Below the pieces are notes generated by a model. That model made no database searches and was not told the DNA's origin. It worked only from the letters and a program-made list of their open reading frames with translations. Made by a program: the position numbers and the translations under genes. A stretch of DNA of 64,000 nucleotides from Sphingomonadaceae bacterium (GTDB taxonomy: Bacteria > Pseudomonadota > Alphaproteobacteria > Sphingomonadales > Sphingomonadaceae). Shown piece after piece: positions 35,382 to 44,846 of this stretch; within the stretch, counting starts at the first letter, position 1; each line of letters starts with the position of its first letter. Location: assembly GCA_030147805.1 (NCBI GenBank), contig JASBUR010000031.1:99518-163517 (forward strand), written 5' to 3'.

Positions 35382-35456
35382 TTGTGGCGTGCAGGCGTGC
35401 GTCGCTACCTTCGCCGGGATGACGAGGGAGATAGGGTGGTTGTTCCGCTTACCGCG

Positions 35457-37037
35457 TCAATGCCTAACCGCGCCCAGTGCCTCGGCGATCAGCTTGCGCG
35501 TGTTGCCGATGCCGTAGAGCGCGATGAACGAGCCCATGCGCGGGCCCTGGCTCGAGCCGAGCAGCGTCTCATACACCGCCTTGAACCAGTCGCGCAGCGA
35601 AGCGAAGCCCTCGATCTTGCCGGCCTCGTAGACCTCGAACTGGATCGCCTCGGCGTCAGCGTCGGCGGGAAGCGCCGCCAGCCGCGCGTCGAGGTCGGCG
35701 AGCGCGGTCGCCTCGACGTCGGTCGGCGCCCGCCGCGCCAAGGTCGGCGCGATGAAGTCGCGCTGATAGGCGATCGCATAGGTGACCAGCCGGTCGAGCT
35801 CGGGATGCGTCGCCGGCGAGGCGCCGGGCACATAGCGGCTGATGAAGCCCCAGATGATGTCGCGGTCGTCCGACGAGGCGACGACGACGAGGTTCAGCAG
35901 CAGCGCGAAGTTGATCGGCAGCTCGACCTGCGGCGGCGCGCCCGTGTGGATGTGGAACACCGGGTTGCCGAGCTGCTGCTCGGGCGGCTGCTCGGGGAAG
36001 TTGGCGAGGAACTGATAATATTCGTCGACCGACTTCGGGATGACGTCGAACGACAGCTTCTTCGCCTTGCGCGGCTCGCGATAGATGTAGAAGGCGAGGC
36101 TTTCGGGCGAGGCGTAGGTCAGCCATTCCTCGATGGTGAGGCCGTTGCCGCGCGACTTCGAGATCTTCTCGCCGTTGGCGTCGAGGAACAGCTCGTAGTT
36201 GAAACCCTCGGGCGGCTTGCCGCCGAGGATGCGCACGATTCGTGACGACAAGGTCACCGAATCGATCAGGTCCTTGCCCGCCATCTCATAATCGATGCCG
36301 AGCGCCATCCAGCGCATCGCCCAGTCGACCTTCCACTGGCACTTCACCGCGCCGCCGGTGACTTTCACCGTCATCGTCTCGCCGTCGTTGGGGTCGACGT
36401 AGCTGACGGTGCCGGCGGCCGGGTCGCGCGCGGTGAGCGGCACCTGCAGCACGATGCCGGTCTTGGGGCAGACGGGCAGGAAGGGCGCGTAGGTGGCGCG
36501 GCGCTCGGGCCCGAGCGTCGGCAGGATGACGTCGATCACCGCGTCGTAGTTGGCGAGGATCGACAGCAGCGTCGCGTCGAAGCGGCCCGCGGCGTAGCAG
36601 TCGGTCGCCGACAAGAATTCGTAATCGAAGCCGAAGCGGTCGAGGAAATCGCGCAGCATCGCATTATTGTGGTGCGCGAAGCTTTCGAACTTGCCGAACG
36701 GATCGGGAATGCGCGTCAGCGGCTTGCCGAGGTTGGCGCGCAGCATGTCGCCGCCCGGCAGATTGTCGGGGACCTTCCGGAGCCCGTCCATGTCGTCGGA
36801 AAAGGCGATCAGCCGCGTCGGCGCGCCGCCGGTGAGCAGCTCGTAGGCGCGGCGGACATAGGTGGTGCGCGCCACCTCCTGGAAGGTGCCGATGTGCGGC
36901 AGCCCCGACGGGCCATAGCCGGTCTCGAAAATCGCCGGCCGCCCCTCGACGCCGCGGGCGACGAGCTTGCGCGCTTCCTCGAACGGCCAGGCCTTGCTGG
37001 TCTGCGCGGCGGCGCGTAGTTCGTCGATGTTTCTCAT
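35457..37037 (-). CDS. lysK: lysine--tRNA ligase, class I
   Basis: Contains [16 protein letters not shown] (HIGH-type motif), [11 protein letters not shown] (KMSKS-type motif) and [15 protein letters not shown]. Length is 526 aa. Confidence 0.92.
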   Translation of the reverse strand: MRNIDELRAAAQTSKAWPFEEARKLVARGVEGRPAIFETGYGPSGLPHIGTFQEVARTTYVRRAYELLTGGAPTRLIAFSDDMDGLRKVPDNLPGGDMLRANLGKPLTRIPDPFGKFESFAHHNNAMLRDFLDRFGFDYEFLSATDCYAAGRFDATLLSILANYDAVIDVILPTLGPERRATYAPFLPVCPKTGIVLQVPLTARDPAAGTVSYVDPNDGETMTVKVTGGAVKCQWKVDWAMRWMALGIDYEMAGKDLIDSVTLSSRIVRILGGKPPEGFNYELFLDANGEKISKSRGNGLTIEEWLTYASPESLAFYIYREPRKAKKLSFDVIPKSVDEYYQFLANFPEQPPEQQLGNPVFHIHTGAPPQVELPINFALLLNLVVVASSDDRDIIWGFISRYVPGASPATHPELDRLVTYAIAYQRDFIAPTLARRAPTDVEATALADLDARLAALPADADAEAIQFEVYEAGKIEGFASLRDWFKAVYETLLGSSQGPRMGSFIALYGIGNTRKLIAEALGAVRH

Positions 37038-37079
37038 TCGTTCTTTCCGGCTGCGTCCGCCGGGTTATAGTCGCGGAAC

Positions 37080-39785
37080 ATGGCCGATCAACCATCCTAT
37101 CCGGCGCTCGTCGCCAGCCACGCGGGCATCTGGCTGGCGGAAGCCGGCGGCGAGGTGCGCCGCATCGGTCGCGGCGACGCGATCCGCCGCGCCGCCGACA
37201 CCCCGCTGATCCTGCTCAACGCACCGCTGACCGCGACGCGGCTCGGCTATCCCGAGCTGTCGGGGATGGACCTGCTCGAACTGTTCGCCTTCGTCCATCC
37301 GGCGCGCTTCGCGGTGCCGACCGCGCCGGGACTGGCGGCGGCGTTGGGGATCGCGGCGCCCGGCGGCCCGGAGGCCGAGGCCCGCTTCCTCCAGCAGGCG
37401 GCGGCGTGCCTGCTGGCGACGCTCGAGCGCCCCGACTGGGCCGAACGGCCGGGCGCCTATGTGGCGGCGGTCGCGTTGAGCCGGCTGCGCTGGTCGTGGG
37501 GCAGCGAGGTGGCGGCACGCGTCGCGCGGCCCGACAAGCCCGAGCGGCTGCTGTTCCAGGCGCTGCCCAAATGGGAAGAATCGGCGCCGCGTCCCAAGCC
37601 GCGTGACGTTTCGGTCGGCCACGCGGCGATCGATTCGCGACTCGACGCGCTGCTGGGCGCGCATTCGGAGGAGCGGCCCGGGCAGCGTGCCTATGCGCGG
37701 GCGGCGGCGCATGCCTTCCAGCCGCGCCGCGCCGCCGGCGCCCCCAACGTCGCGCTGGCCGAGGCCGGCACCGGCATCGGCAAGACGCTCGGCTATCTGG
37801 CGCCGGCGTCGCTGTGGGCCGAGGCCGCCGACGCGCCGGTGTGGCTGTCGACCTACACCAAGGCGTTGCAGCGCCAGCTCGATGCCGAGACGGCGCGGCT
37901 CTACCCCGATCCCGAGGTCAAGCGGCGGCGCGCGGTGGTGCGCAAGGGGCGCGAGAATTATCTCTGCCTGCTCAACCTCGAGGATGCGCTGCAGGGCGGC
38001 TTCATGGGGCGCGCGGCGATGTTCGCGCAGCTGGCGTCGCGCTGGGCGGCGTTCACGCGCGACGGCGACATGATCGGCGGCGACTTCCCCGGCTGGCTGC
38101 CGACCTTGTTCCAGCGTTCGGCGCTGTCCTCGCTCACCGATCGGCGCGGCGAATGCGTCTATGCCGGCTGCCCGCATTACCGCCGCTGCTTCATCGAGCG
38201 CGCCAGTCGCGCCTCGGCGAACGCCGACCTCGTCATCGCCAACCATGCGCTGGTGATGGTCAACGCGGTGCGCGGCCGCGCCGAGGGCAGCGCCGCGACG
38301 CGGATCGTGTTCGACGAGGGGCATCATCTGTTCGATGCCGCCGATTCGACCTTCGCGCTGGCGCTGACCGGCGCCGAGGCGATCGAGCTCCGGCGCTGGA
38401 TCATCGGCCCCGAGCGCGGCTCGCGCGGGCGCCGCCGCGGCCTCTCGGCGCGGCTGTCCGACCTGCTCGCCTATGACGACGAGGGCGCCGCCGCGCTCGA
38501 GGCGGCGGTCGAGGCCGCGCGCGACCTGCCCGCCGACGGCTGGCTGTCGCGGCTCGCCGACGGCCTCGCGCAGGGGCCGCTCGAGGCGCTGCTGGCGGCG
38601 GTGCGCGCGCATGTGTTCGCGCGCGCCGAGGCCGCCGACAGCGGCTATGGGCTCGAGACCGAGGTGGCGAACGTGCTGCCGCAGGTCGTCGATGCCGCCG
38701 ACGCCGCGAGCCAGGCGATCGACCGGCTGGTGAAGCCCTTCGCCAAGCTCGAGGCGCGGCTGGCGGCGCTGCTCGAGGAGGCGCCCGACTGGCTCGACGT
38801 CGCGGCGCGCGCGCGCGTCGAGGGCGCGGCGGCGGGCCTGCGGCTTCGGCAGGCGATGCTCGCCGGCTGGCTCGGCGTGCTGGCGCGGCTGGGCGGCCCG
38901 GCGGACCCCGACTTCATCGACTGGTTCGCGGTCGACCGCGTCGACGGCTCGGAGCGCGGCGTCGGTATCCACCGCCACTGGCTCGACCCGACCAGGCCGC
39001 TCGCCAAGGCGGTGCTCGAGCCGGCGCATGGCGTGCTCGTCACCTCGGCGACCTTGCGATCGCGCGGCAGCGCGCTCGCCGACAACTGGCGCGATACCGA
39101 GCTGCGCACCGGCGCGACGCACCTGGCGCTGCCGCCCGAGCGCTTCGCCGCCGACAGCCCGTTCGACTATGCCAACCAGGCGCGCGTGCTCGTCGTCACC
39201 GACGTCAAGCGCGGCGACATCCCGGCGCTCGCCGGCGCCTACCGCTCGCTGATCGAGGCGGCGGGCGGCGGCACGCTCGGGCTGTTCACCGCGATCTCGC
39301 GGCTGCGCGCCGTCCATGCCCGCATCGCCGATCCGCTCGCCCACGAGGGGCTGCCGCTCTACGCGCAGCATGTCGACCCGATCGACACCGGCACGCTCGT
39401 CGACATCTTCCGCGCCGATCCGCATGCGTCCTTGCTCGGCACCGACGCGCTGCGCGACGGCGTCGACGTGCCGGGGCAGTCGCTGCGGCTGGTGGTGATG
39501 GAGGGCGTGCCCTGGCCGCGGCCGACGGTGCTGCACGCGGCGCGCCGCGCGGCGTTCGGCGGCGCCGCCTATGACGATCTCGTCACCATGGGGCGGCTGG
39601 CGCAGGCCTTCGGGCGGCTGATCCGCCGCGCCACCGACCGCGGCGTCTTCGTGCTGCTCGGCCCCGCGGTGCCGTCGCGGCTGCTCGCCGCCTTTCCGCC
39701 GGGCGTCGCCGTCGAGCGCGTCGGGCTGGCGCAGGCGGTGGCCACGGTTCGTGAACTGTTGACGACAGCGCGCGTCGACGCCTGA
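37080..39785 (+). CDS. ATP-dependent DNA helicase, DinG/Rad3-like with putative Fe-S cluster
   Basis: Walker A context (AEAGTGIGKTLGYL), DEGHHL box, Cys cluster (NYLCLLNLE ... GECVYAGCPHYRRC) and a C-terminal helicase domain (LFTAISRL...LLGTDALRDGVDVPG). Confidence 0.8.
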   Translation: MADQPSYPALVASHAGIWLAEAGGEVRRIGRGDAIRRAADTPLILLNAPLTATRLGYPELSGMDLLELFAFVHPARFAVPTAPGLAAALGIAAPGGPEAEARFLQQAAACLLATLERPDWAERPGAYVAAVALSRLRWSWGSEVAARVARPDKPERLLFQALPKWEESAPRPKPRDVSVGHAAIDSRLDALLGAHSEERPGQRAYARAAAHAFQPRRAAGAPNVALAEAGTGIGKTLGYLAPASLWAEAADAPVWLSTYTKALQRQLDAETARLYPDPEVKRRRAVVRKGRENYLCLLNLEDALQGGFMGRAAMFAQLASRWAAFTRDGDMIGGDFPGWLPTLFQRSALSSLTDRRGECVYAGCPHYRRCFIERASRASANADLVIANHALVMVNAVRGRAEGSAATRIVFDEGHHLFDAADSTFALALTGAEAIELRRWIIGPERGSRGRRRGLSARLSDLLAYDDEGAAALEAAVEAARDLPADGWLSRLADGLAQGPLEALLAAVRAHVFARAEAADSGYGLETEVANVLPQVVDAADAASQAIDRLVKPFAKLEARLAALLEEAPDWLDVAARARVEGAAAGLRLRQAMLAGWLGVLARLGGPADPDFIDWFAVDRVDGSERGVGIHRHWLDPTRPLAKAVLEPAHGVLVTSATLRSRGSALADNWRDTELRTGATHLALPPERFAADSPFDYANQARVLVVTDVKRGDIPALAGAYRSLIEAAGGGTLGLFTAISRLRAVHARIADPLAHEGLPLYAQHVDPIDTGTLVDIFRADPHASLLGTDALRDGVDVPGQSLRLVVMEGVPWPRPTVLHAARRAAFGGAAYDDLVTMGRLAQAFGRLIRRATDRGVFVLLGPAVPSRLLAAFPPGVAVERVGLAQAVATVRELLTTARVDA

Positions 39786-39851
39786 TCGGCGCTTGTCGGG
39801 CGGCGGGGTTGGCGGCTATCGAGGGCGCGGTCCGCTACGCTTGGGGAGCGA

Positions 39852-40391
39852 ATGAAGACGCTGACGCTGCTGCGCCACGCCAAGTCGGGCTGGGACGATC
39901 CGGTCGAACGCGATTTCGACCGGCCGCTGAACGGGCGCGGCCGCCGCGCCGCGCACCGCATGGGCCGCTATCTGCGCGACGAGGCACTGGCCTTCGACCA
40001 GGTGGTCGCCTCGCCGGCGCTGCGCGTCCAGCAGACGATCACCGGCGTCGAGGACGGCTACGGCCGGCCGCTGTCGCCGCTGTTCGACCGCCGCATCTAC
40101 ATGGCGTCGGCGTCGACCCTGCTCGACGTCGTCCACGGGCTCGACGACGCGCGCGCCACCGCGCTGCTGGTCGGGCACAATCCGGGCCTCGAGGACCTGG
40201 TGCTGATGCTGGTGCCGCAGGGCGAGGCCGGGCTTCGCGACGAGGTCGAGATCAAATATCCGACCGCGACGCTCGCCGAGATGCGCTTCGACGTCGACCG
40301 CTGGGCCGACATCGACGAGCGTAGCGGCACGCTGGTGCGGCTGATGCGGCCGCGCGAGCTCGATCCGAGCCTGGGACCGGACGAGGGGTAG
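39852..40391 (+). CDS. histidine phosphatase family protein (SixA-like)
   Basis: Contains MKTLTLLRHAKSGW (RHG/RHA catalytic motif) and LLVGHNPGLEDL. Confidence 0.8.
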   Translation: MKTLTLLRHAKSGWDDPVERDFDRPLNGRGRRAAHRMGRYLRDEALAFDQVVASPALRVQQTITGVEDGYGRPLSPLFDRRIYMASASTLLDVVHGLDDARATALLVGHNPGLEDLVLMLVPQGEAGLRDEVEIKYPTATLAEMRFDVDRWADIDERSGTLVRLMRPRELDPSLGPDEG

Positions 40392-40400
40392 AACCAAGAA

Positions 40401-40578
40401 TCGTCATCCCCGCGCAGGCGGGGTCCTACTCTCGAACAGCTCGACCGCTGGCGCTCACCCAGAGCCTGTCGAAGGGCGAGCTTGCCGAGGAGTTCGCGCG
40501 CCATTCCTGCTTCGACAAGCTCAGCATGAGCGCTCGGGGTGTGGAGGAGTGGGTCCCCGCCTGCGCGGGGATGACGAC
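40401..40578. repeat. full composite REP/MITE element: family A hairpin - family B element - inverted family A hairpin
   Basis: tcgtcatccccgcgcaggcggggtcc at 40401-40427, the B element at 40452-40533, and gggtccccgcctgcgcggggatgacga at 40551-40578. Confidence 0.8.
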
Positions 40579-40590
40579 TATGAATAGTGC

Positions 40591-42210
40591 CTACTTCCCC
40601 GCCGGCGCCTTCGGCTGATCCTTGGCGAAGATGTTGCCGAAGAAGCTGCCTTCGTACCAGCGCGGCGCCTGCGGGGCGTCGGCGATCTCGCGGGCGATCA
40701 GATAGTTGATCCGCGCGAACTTGGCGCCGGCGTTCCAGTCGAACCTGACCTTCAGGTCGTCGCTGACCTGATGGTAGTGATTGGCCTCGAAATCCTCGTT
40801 CGCCGCCTTGCCGGCGCCGCCGTAGCCGGTGACGAGGAACACCGAGGGCACGCCCTGCTTGACGAACATATAATGGTCCGAGCGGGTGAAGACGCCCTGT
40901 TCGGGGATCGGGTCGGGCGACAGCGTCACCTTGTCGAGCCCGGCGGCGCGCGCCACGATCGGGCCGAGCGTCGAATGTTCGGCGCCGAAGGCGATGACGT
41001 CGGTGAAGTCGTAGGTCAGCACCGGCATGTCGAGGTTGACGACCGCGACGACCTTGCCGTCCTTCACCACCGGATGACGCGCCAGATAGTCGGCGCCGAG
41101 CAAGCCATCCTCCTCGGCGGTCACCGCCGCGAACAGGATCGAGCGCTTCGGACGAGTCGGCGACGTCGCCATCGCACGCGCCACCTCGAGCATCGTCGCG
41201 ATGCCCGCGGCATTGTCCATCGCGCCATTGTAGATCTTGTCGTCGCCGTCGAGCGTCGGGTCGACGCCGTCATGGTCGAGATGGCCCATCAGCAGGACAT
41301 ATTCATCCTTCAGCGCCGGGTCGGACCCGGGCAGCATCGCAACGACATTGGGGCTGTGGACGATCGACTTGCGGCTGTTGCGCTCGATCTTCACCGTCGG
41401 CTTCAGCGCGAAGCCCTTCGGCCGCCCGCCCGTCTTCTCCGCCTCGGCGAGCACGCTCTTCAGCGACCGCGGCGCGCCGGCGAACAGCGCTTCCTGCGCC
41501 GGGCCGTGAAGCCCGGCACCGGTGCGGATGCCCGGGGTCTCGACGAACGCCTTGCCGTCGCTTTCGACCCAGGTGTAGCCGGGGGCGTCGGCATAGGCGG
41601 CGCGACGCTTCCACGGGAAGGCCTTGAGCGAGGTCGGCGTCAGGACGCTGACGGTGCCGATCGCGCCCCTGGCTTCGGCGAATTTCGCCTTCTCGCCGGC
41701 GAGGTGCGCGCCGATGTCGCTCGGCATGCCCTTGGGAAAGCCGCTGAGGATGGCGACGAACTTCCCCTTCACGTCGAGGCCGCGATAGTCGTCGATGCCG
41801 CGGCTCGGATCGACCATGCCGAAGCCGACGAAGACGACGGGCGCCTCGACCGCCTGCTCCGCCTCGCGCGAACTGGGGCCGAACAGCACGTCGACGCCGT
41901 TCTCGAAGCGCCGGCCGCCGATCGTCACCGCGCCGCCGGTGTCGGCGAGGGTCGATTTCTGCAGCGGCACCTGCTGGTACCAGCCGCCGTCGGCGCCGGC
42001 GGGGGTCAGCCCGAGCGCCTCGTAGCGGGTGGCGACATATTTGGCGGCGAGGTCGTAGCCGCGCGTCCCGGCATCGCGTCCCTCGAGCAGATCGTCGGCG
42101 AGAAAGTCGACATGCGCCTTGACGCGTGCGGGCGAGAAATCGGGCGCGCCCTGCGAAAAGCCCGGAACGGCGATCAGCGCGGCCAGGGCCGCACCGGTGA
42201 CGAAGCGCAT
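40591..42210 (-). CDS. M28 family metallopeptidase with PA domain
   Basis: It has a signal peptide. The zinc-ligand context reads LLMGHLDHDG, GAMDNAAGIA, TAEEDGLLGA, NLDM and SDHYMF. Confidence 0.8.
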   Translation of the reverse strand: MRFVTGAALAALIAVPGFSQGAPDFSPARVKAHVDFLADDLLEGRDAGTRGYDLAAKYVATRYEALGLTPAGADGGWYQQVPLQKSTLADTGGAVTIGGRRFENGVDVLFGPSSREAEQAVEAPVVFVGFGMVDPSRGIDDYRGLDVKGKFVAILSGFPKGMPSDIGAHLAGEKAKFAEARGAIGTVSVLTPTSLKAFPWKRRAAYADAPGYTWVESDGKAFVETPGIRTGAGLHGPAQEALFAGAPRSLKSVLAEAEKTGGRPKGFALKPTVKIERNSRKSIVHSPNVVAMLPGSDPALKDEYVLLMGHLDHDGVDPTLDGDDKIYNGAMDNAAGIATMLEVARAMATSPTRPKRSILFAAVTAEEDGLLGADYLARHPVVKDGKVVAVVNLDMPVLTYDFTDVIAFGAEHSTLGPIVARAAGLDKVTLSPDPIPEQGVFTRSDHYMFVKQGVPSVFLVTGYGGAGKAANEDFEANHYHQVSDDLKVRFDWNAGAKFARINYLIAREIADAPQAPRWYEGSFFGNIFAKDQPKAPAGK

Positions 42211-42318
42211 GATGATCCCCCTCGAAAATCGAGCCGCCTGTCTAGGGAGCGCCCCCGCCGCCGTCCATGGCCGGCTGACCGGCGCGCGGCATTTCTCGAC
42301 GAACGACAGCCGGCCGCG

Positions 42319-42567
42319 TCAGGCGTCGTCGCGTTCGCGGGCCTTCTTCGCCGCCTTCTTCGCCGCCTTGCGGTCGCGCTCCTGCTGCTTGCGCAGCTCG
42401 CGGCCGGCGTTGAGGTCGGCCTCGTCCTGGCTGGTGGTCATCAGGTCGACCGCGCCGCTCGCCGCCTTCACCGGCAGGGTGACGACGTCGACCGCGGCGT
42501 CGGCCACCGACGCGACGACGCAGCCGGGCAGCGCCAGCGCCAGCAGAAGCGGCAGGATGATGCGCAT
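42319..42567 (-). CDS. small lipoprotein with Lys/Arg/Glu-rich tail (82 aa)
   Basis: Lipobox LALALPGC. GC3-rich codons. Confidence 0.55.
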   Translation of the reverse strand: MRIILPLLLALALPGCVVASVADAAVDVVTLPVKAASGAVDLMTTSQDEADLNAGRELRKQQERDRKAAKKAAKKARERDDA

Positions 42568-42649
42568 GGAGCCCCCTTCAAACCTCGATATAATCGGCGC
42601 ATGCTGCGGCTTCGTGGCTGAATGATGGCTGACCGGGGGGAGACGCCAG

Positions 42650-43906
42650 TTGACCGAACGTCATGTGACGCTCGATGCGGTGCGCGGATTCGCGGTTCTC
42701 GGCATCCTGGTCATGAACATCGTCGGCATGGGCCTGCCGAGCTACGCCTATATGGATCCCGGCTATGCCGGCGGCGACGGCGGCGCCAACCTCGCCGCCT
42801 GGGCGGTCGCCCATGTACTCGTCGACGGCAAGATGCGCGCGCTGTTCACGCTGATGTTCGGCGCGAGCCTGCTGCTGATTGCCGACGCCGCCGAAGGCCG
42901 GACGCCGGGGCCGGCCGGCACGCATTATCGCCGGATGGCGTGGCTGCTGGTCTTCGGCATGATCCACGCCTGGGCGATCTGGTATGGCGACATCCTCGTG
43001 ACCTATGCGCTCGCCGGCAGCGTTGCCTTCCTGCTGCGCCACCAGCCGCCGCGCCGGCTGATCGGCATCGGGCTGGTCATCCTCGGGCTGCTGGTCGCCT
43101 GGGGGCTGATGGGGCATTTCCACTTCGCGCAGCTGCGCGCGATGGCCGAGACACCGGGCGCCGCCGCCGAGGTGGTGAAGGCATGGCAGACCGAATCGGC
43201 GATGCTGGCGCCGCCGCCGTCGGAGGCGCAGGCCGAGATCGCCGGCTATCGCGGCGGCTTCGCCGACGTCTTCGCGACGCGCGCGAAGATGGTGATCTTC
43301 TTCCAGACCTTCCTCATCCCCACCAACTTCATGTGGGAGGCGCTCGGCTTCATGTGCGTGGGCATGGCGCTGTTCCGGCTGGGCTTCTTCACCGGCGCCT
43401 GGGACATCCGCATCTATGCGCGGCTCGGCGCGGTGCTGATCCCGGTCGGAATCGTGTTCGGCACGCCGCTCGCCGGCAAGCTGTGGATGGTGCGCTGGGA
43501 TCCGGTGACGACGCTTGCCACCGATGCGCTGGCGATCCCGGTGCATCTGATCATGGCGATCGGCTATGCGAGCGCGGTGATCGCCATCGTCAAATCGGGG
43601 GCGCTGAAAGGCGCGGTCGCGCGGCTGGCAGCGGCGGGACGGATGGCGTTCAGCAACTATCTCGGCGCGTCGCTGATCACCACGACGCTGTTCTACGGCT
43701 ATGGCTTGGGACTGTTCGGCCGCTTCGAGCGGTTCGAGCTTTACGGCGTGGTGCTGGCGGTGTGGGTGCTGCAGCTGGCAATCAGCAAGCCGTGGCTCGA
43801 GCGTTTCCATTACGGCCCGTTCGAATGGGCCTGGCGCTCGCTGGTGAAGTGGCAGCCGCAGCCGATGCGGCGGATTTCGGCGCCCCGCCCCACGGCCTCA
43901 TCCTGA
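42650..43906 (+). CDS. DUF418-family (YeiB-like) membrane protein
   Basis: Contains LDAVRGFAVLGILVMNI and a C-terminal FHYGPFEWAWRSL motif. Multi-TM. Confidence 0.75.
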   Translation: MTERHVTLDAVRGFAVLGILVMNIVGMGLPSYAYMDPGYAGGDGGANLAAWAVAHVLVDGKMRALFTLMFGASLLLIADAAEGRTPGPAGTHYRRMAWLLVFGMIHAWAIWYGDILVTYALAGSVAFLLRHQPPRRLIGIGLVILGLLVAWGLMGHFHFAQLRAMAETPGAAAEVVKAWQTESAMLAPPPSEAQAEIAGYRGGFADVFATRAKMVIFFQTFLIPTNFMWEALGFMCVGMALFRLGFFTGAWDIRIYARLGAVLIPVGIVFGTPLAGKLWMVRWDPVTTLATDALAIPVHLIMAIGYASAVIAIVKSGALKGAVARLAAAGRMAFSNYLGASLITTTLFYGYGLGLFGRFERFELYGVVLAVWVLQLAISKPWLERFHYGPFEWAWRSLVKWQPQPMRRISAPRPTASS

Positions 43907-43920
43907 CCTCTCCACCCGCC

Positions 43921-44000
43921 GTCATCCTGACGAAAGTCAGGATCTCGTCGAGGGTAGCCGCTCATCACGAGAAATCCTGACGTTCGTCAGGATGACGTGT
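43921..44000. repeat. two REP family C hairpins (GTCATCCTGAC...GTCAGGAT; TCCTGAC-gttc-GTCAGGATGAC) between convergent genes
   Basis: Seen directly. The same core occurs at 20868-20897. Confidence 0.6.
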
Positions 44001-44046
44001 CGTTTTGAGAGGCAAACTCGCGCGAAGGTTCACTTCGCGCGACACC

Positions 44047-44400
44047 CTAAACCATGAAGCTTTCGCCGCAGCCGCAGGTGCCCTTGGCGTTGGGATTCTC
44101 GAACACGAAGCCGGCGGTGAAATCATCCTCGCGCCAGTCCATGCGCGAGCCGATCAGGTAGAGCAGCGAGCCGCCGTCGACGAACAAGGTGCCGCCGGGG
44201 GTCTCGATGCGCTCGTCGCCGGGCTTCGGCTCGGGGACATAGTCGAGGCTGTACGACAGCCCCGAGCAGCCCTTGCGCGGCGTCGACAGCCGCACGCCCG
44301 CCGTGCCCTCGGGCGCCTTGGCCATCAGGCTGCGGATGCGCTCGACGGCGCCGTCGGTGAGGTTGAGCGCGGCGGGGCGCGGACGCGTGATCGTCGCCAT
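44047..44400 (-). CDS. sufA: Fe-S cluster insertion/carrier protein (IscA/SufA/HesB family)
   Basis: ATGA overlap with the upstream gene. Contains GCSGLSY and the C-terminal CGCGESF motif. Confidence 0.9.
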   Translation of the reverse strand: MATITRPRPAALNLTDGAVERIRSLMAKAPEGTAGVRLSTPRKGCSGLSYSLDYVPEPKPGDERIETPGGTLFVDGGSLLYLIGSRMDWREDDFTAGFVFENPNAKGTCGCGESFMV

Positions 44401-44846
44401 CAGAGCATCCCCAGCTCGAGCTTGGCCTCGTCGGACATCTTCGCCGGGTCCCACGGCGGATCCCAGACGAGGTTGACTTCGGCCGAGCCGACGCCGGGCA
44501 CCGCGCCGACGCGCATCTCGATCTCGCCGGGCATCGATTCGGCGACCGGGCAGTGCGGCGTGGTCAGCGTCATCGTGACGATGACATGGCCCTCGTCGAT
44601 GTCGACGCCGTAGATCAGCCCGAGGTCGTAGATGTTGACCGGAATCTCGGGGTCGAAGATCTCGCGCAGCGCCTGGATGACGTTTTCGTAGAGATCGCCA
44701 CCCGGCTCGGCCGGCGCCGCGGCGGCGGCGGGCTTGCGCAGGAAGCCGTCGAGATAATCGGGGGTGCGGCCGATCGCCGGTGCCTTGGGCACCGCGGGGG
44801 GCTCGTCGATGATCTCGACGTCGAACTTGCGGGGTCCCTCGTTCAT
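44400..44846 (-). CDS. sufT: SUF system Fe-S assembly protein (DUF59/SufT-like)
   Basis: Contains DPEIPVNIYDLGLIY and TLTTPHCPVAE. ATGA overlaps on both sides. Confidence 0.85.
   Translation of the reverse strand: MNEGPRKFDVEIIDEPPAVPKAPAIGRTPDYLDGFLRKPAAAAAPAEPGGDLYENVIQALREIFDPEIPVNIYDLGLIYGVDIDEGHVIVTMTLTTPHCPVAESMPGEIEMRVGAVPGVGSAEVNLVWDPPWDPAKMSDEAKLELGML

Noticed and set aside
34361-35385. Short ORFs over the repeat elements, for example 34412..34678 and 34937..35377, and similar ORFs at 59637..59957 and 63645..63827.
   Set aside because: Their only conserved parts are translations of the palindromic REP arms (LSLSKGE, FDKLRVS), which appear in both orientations and in several frames. 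This is a DNA-level repeat, not a protein family.
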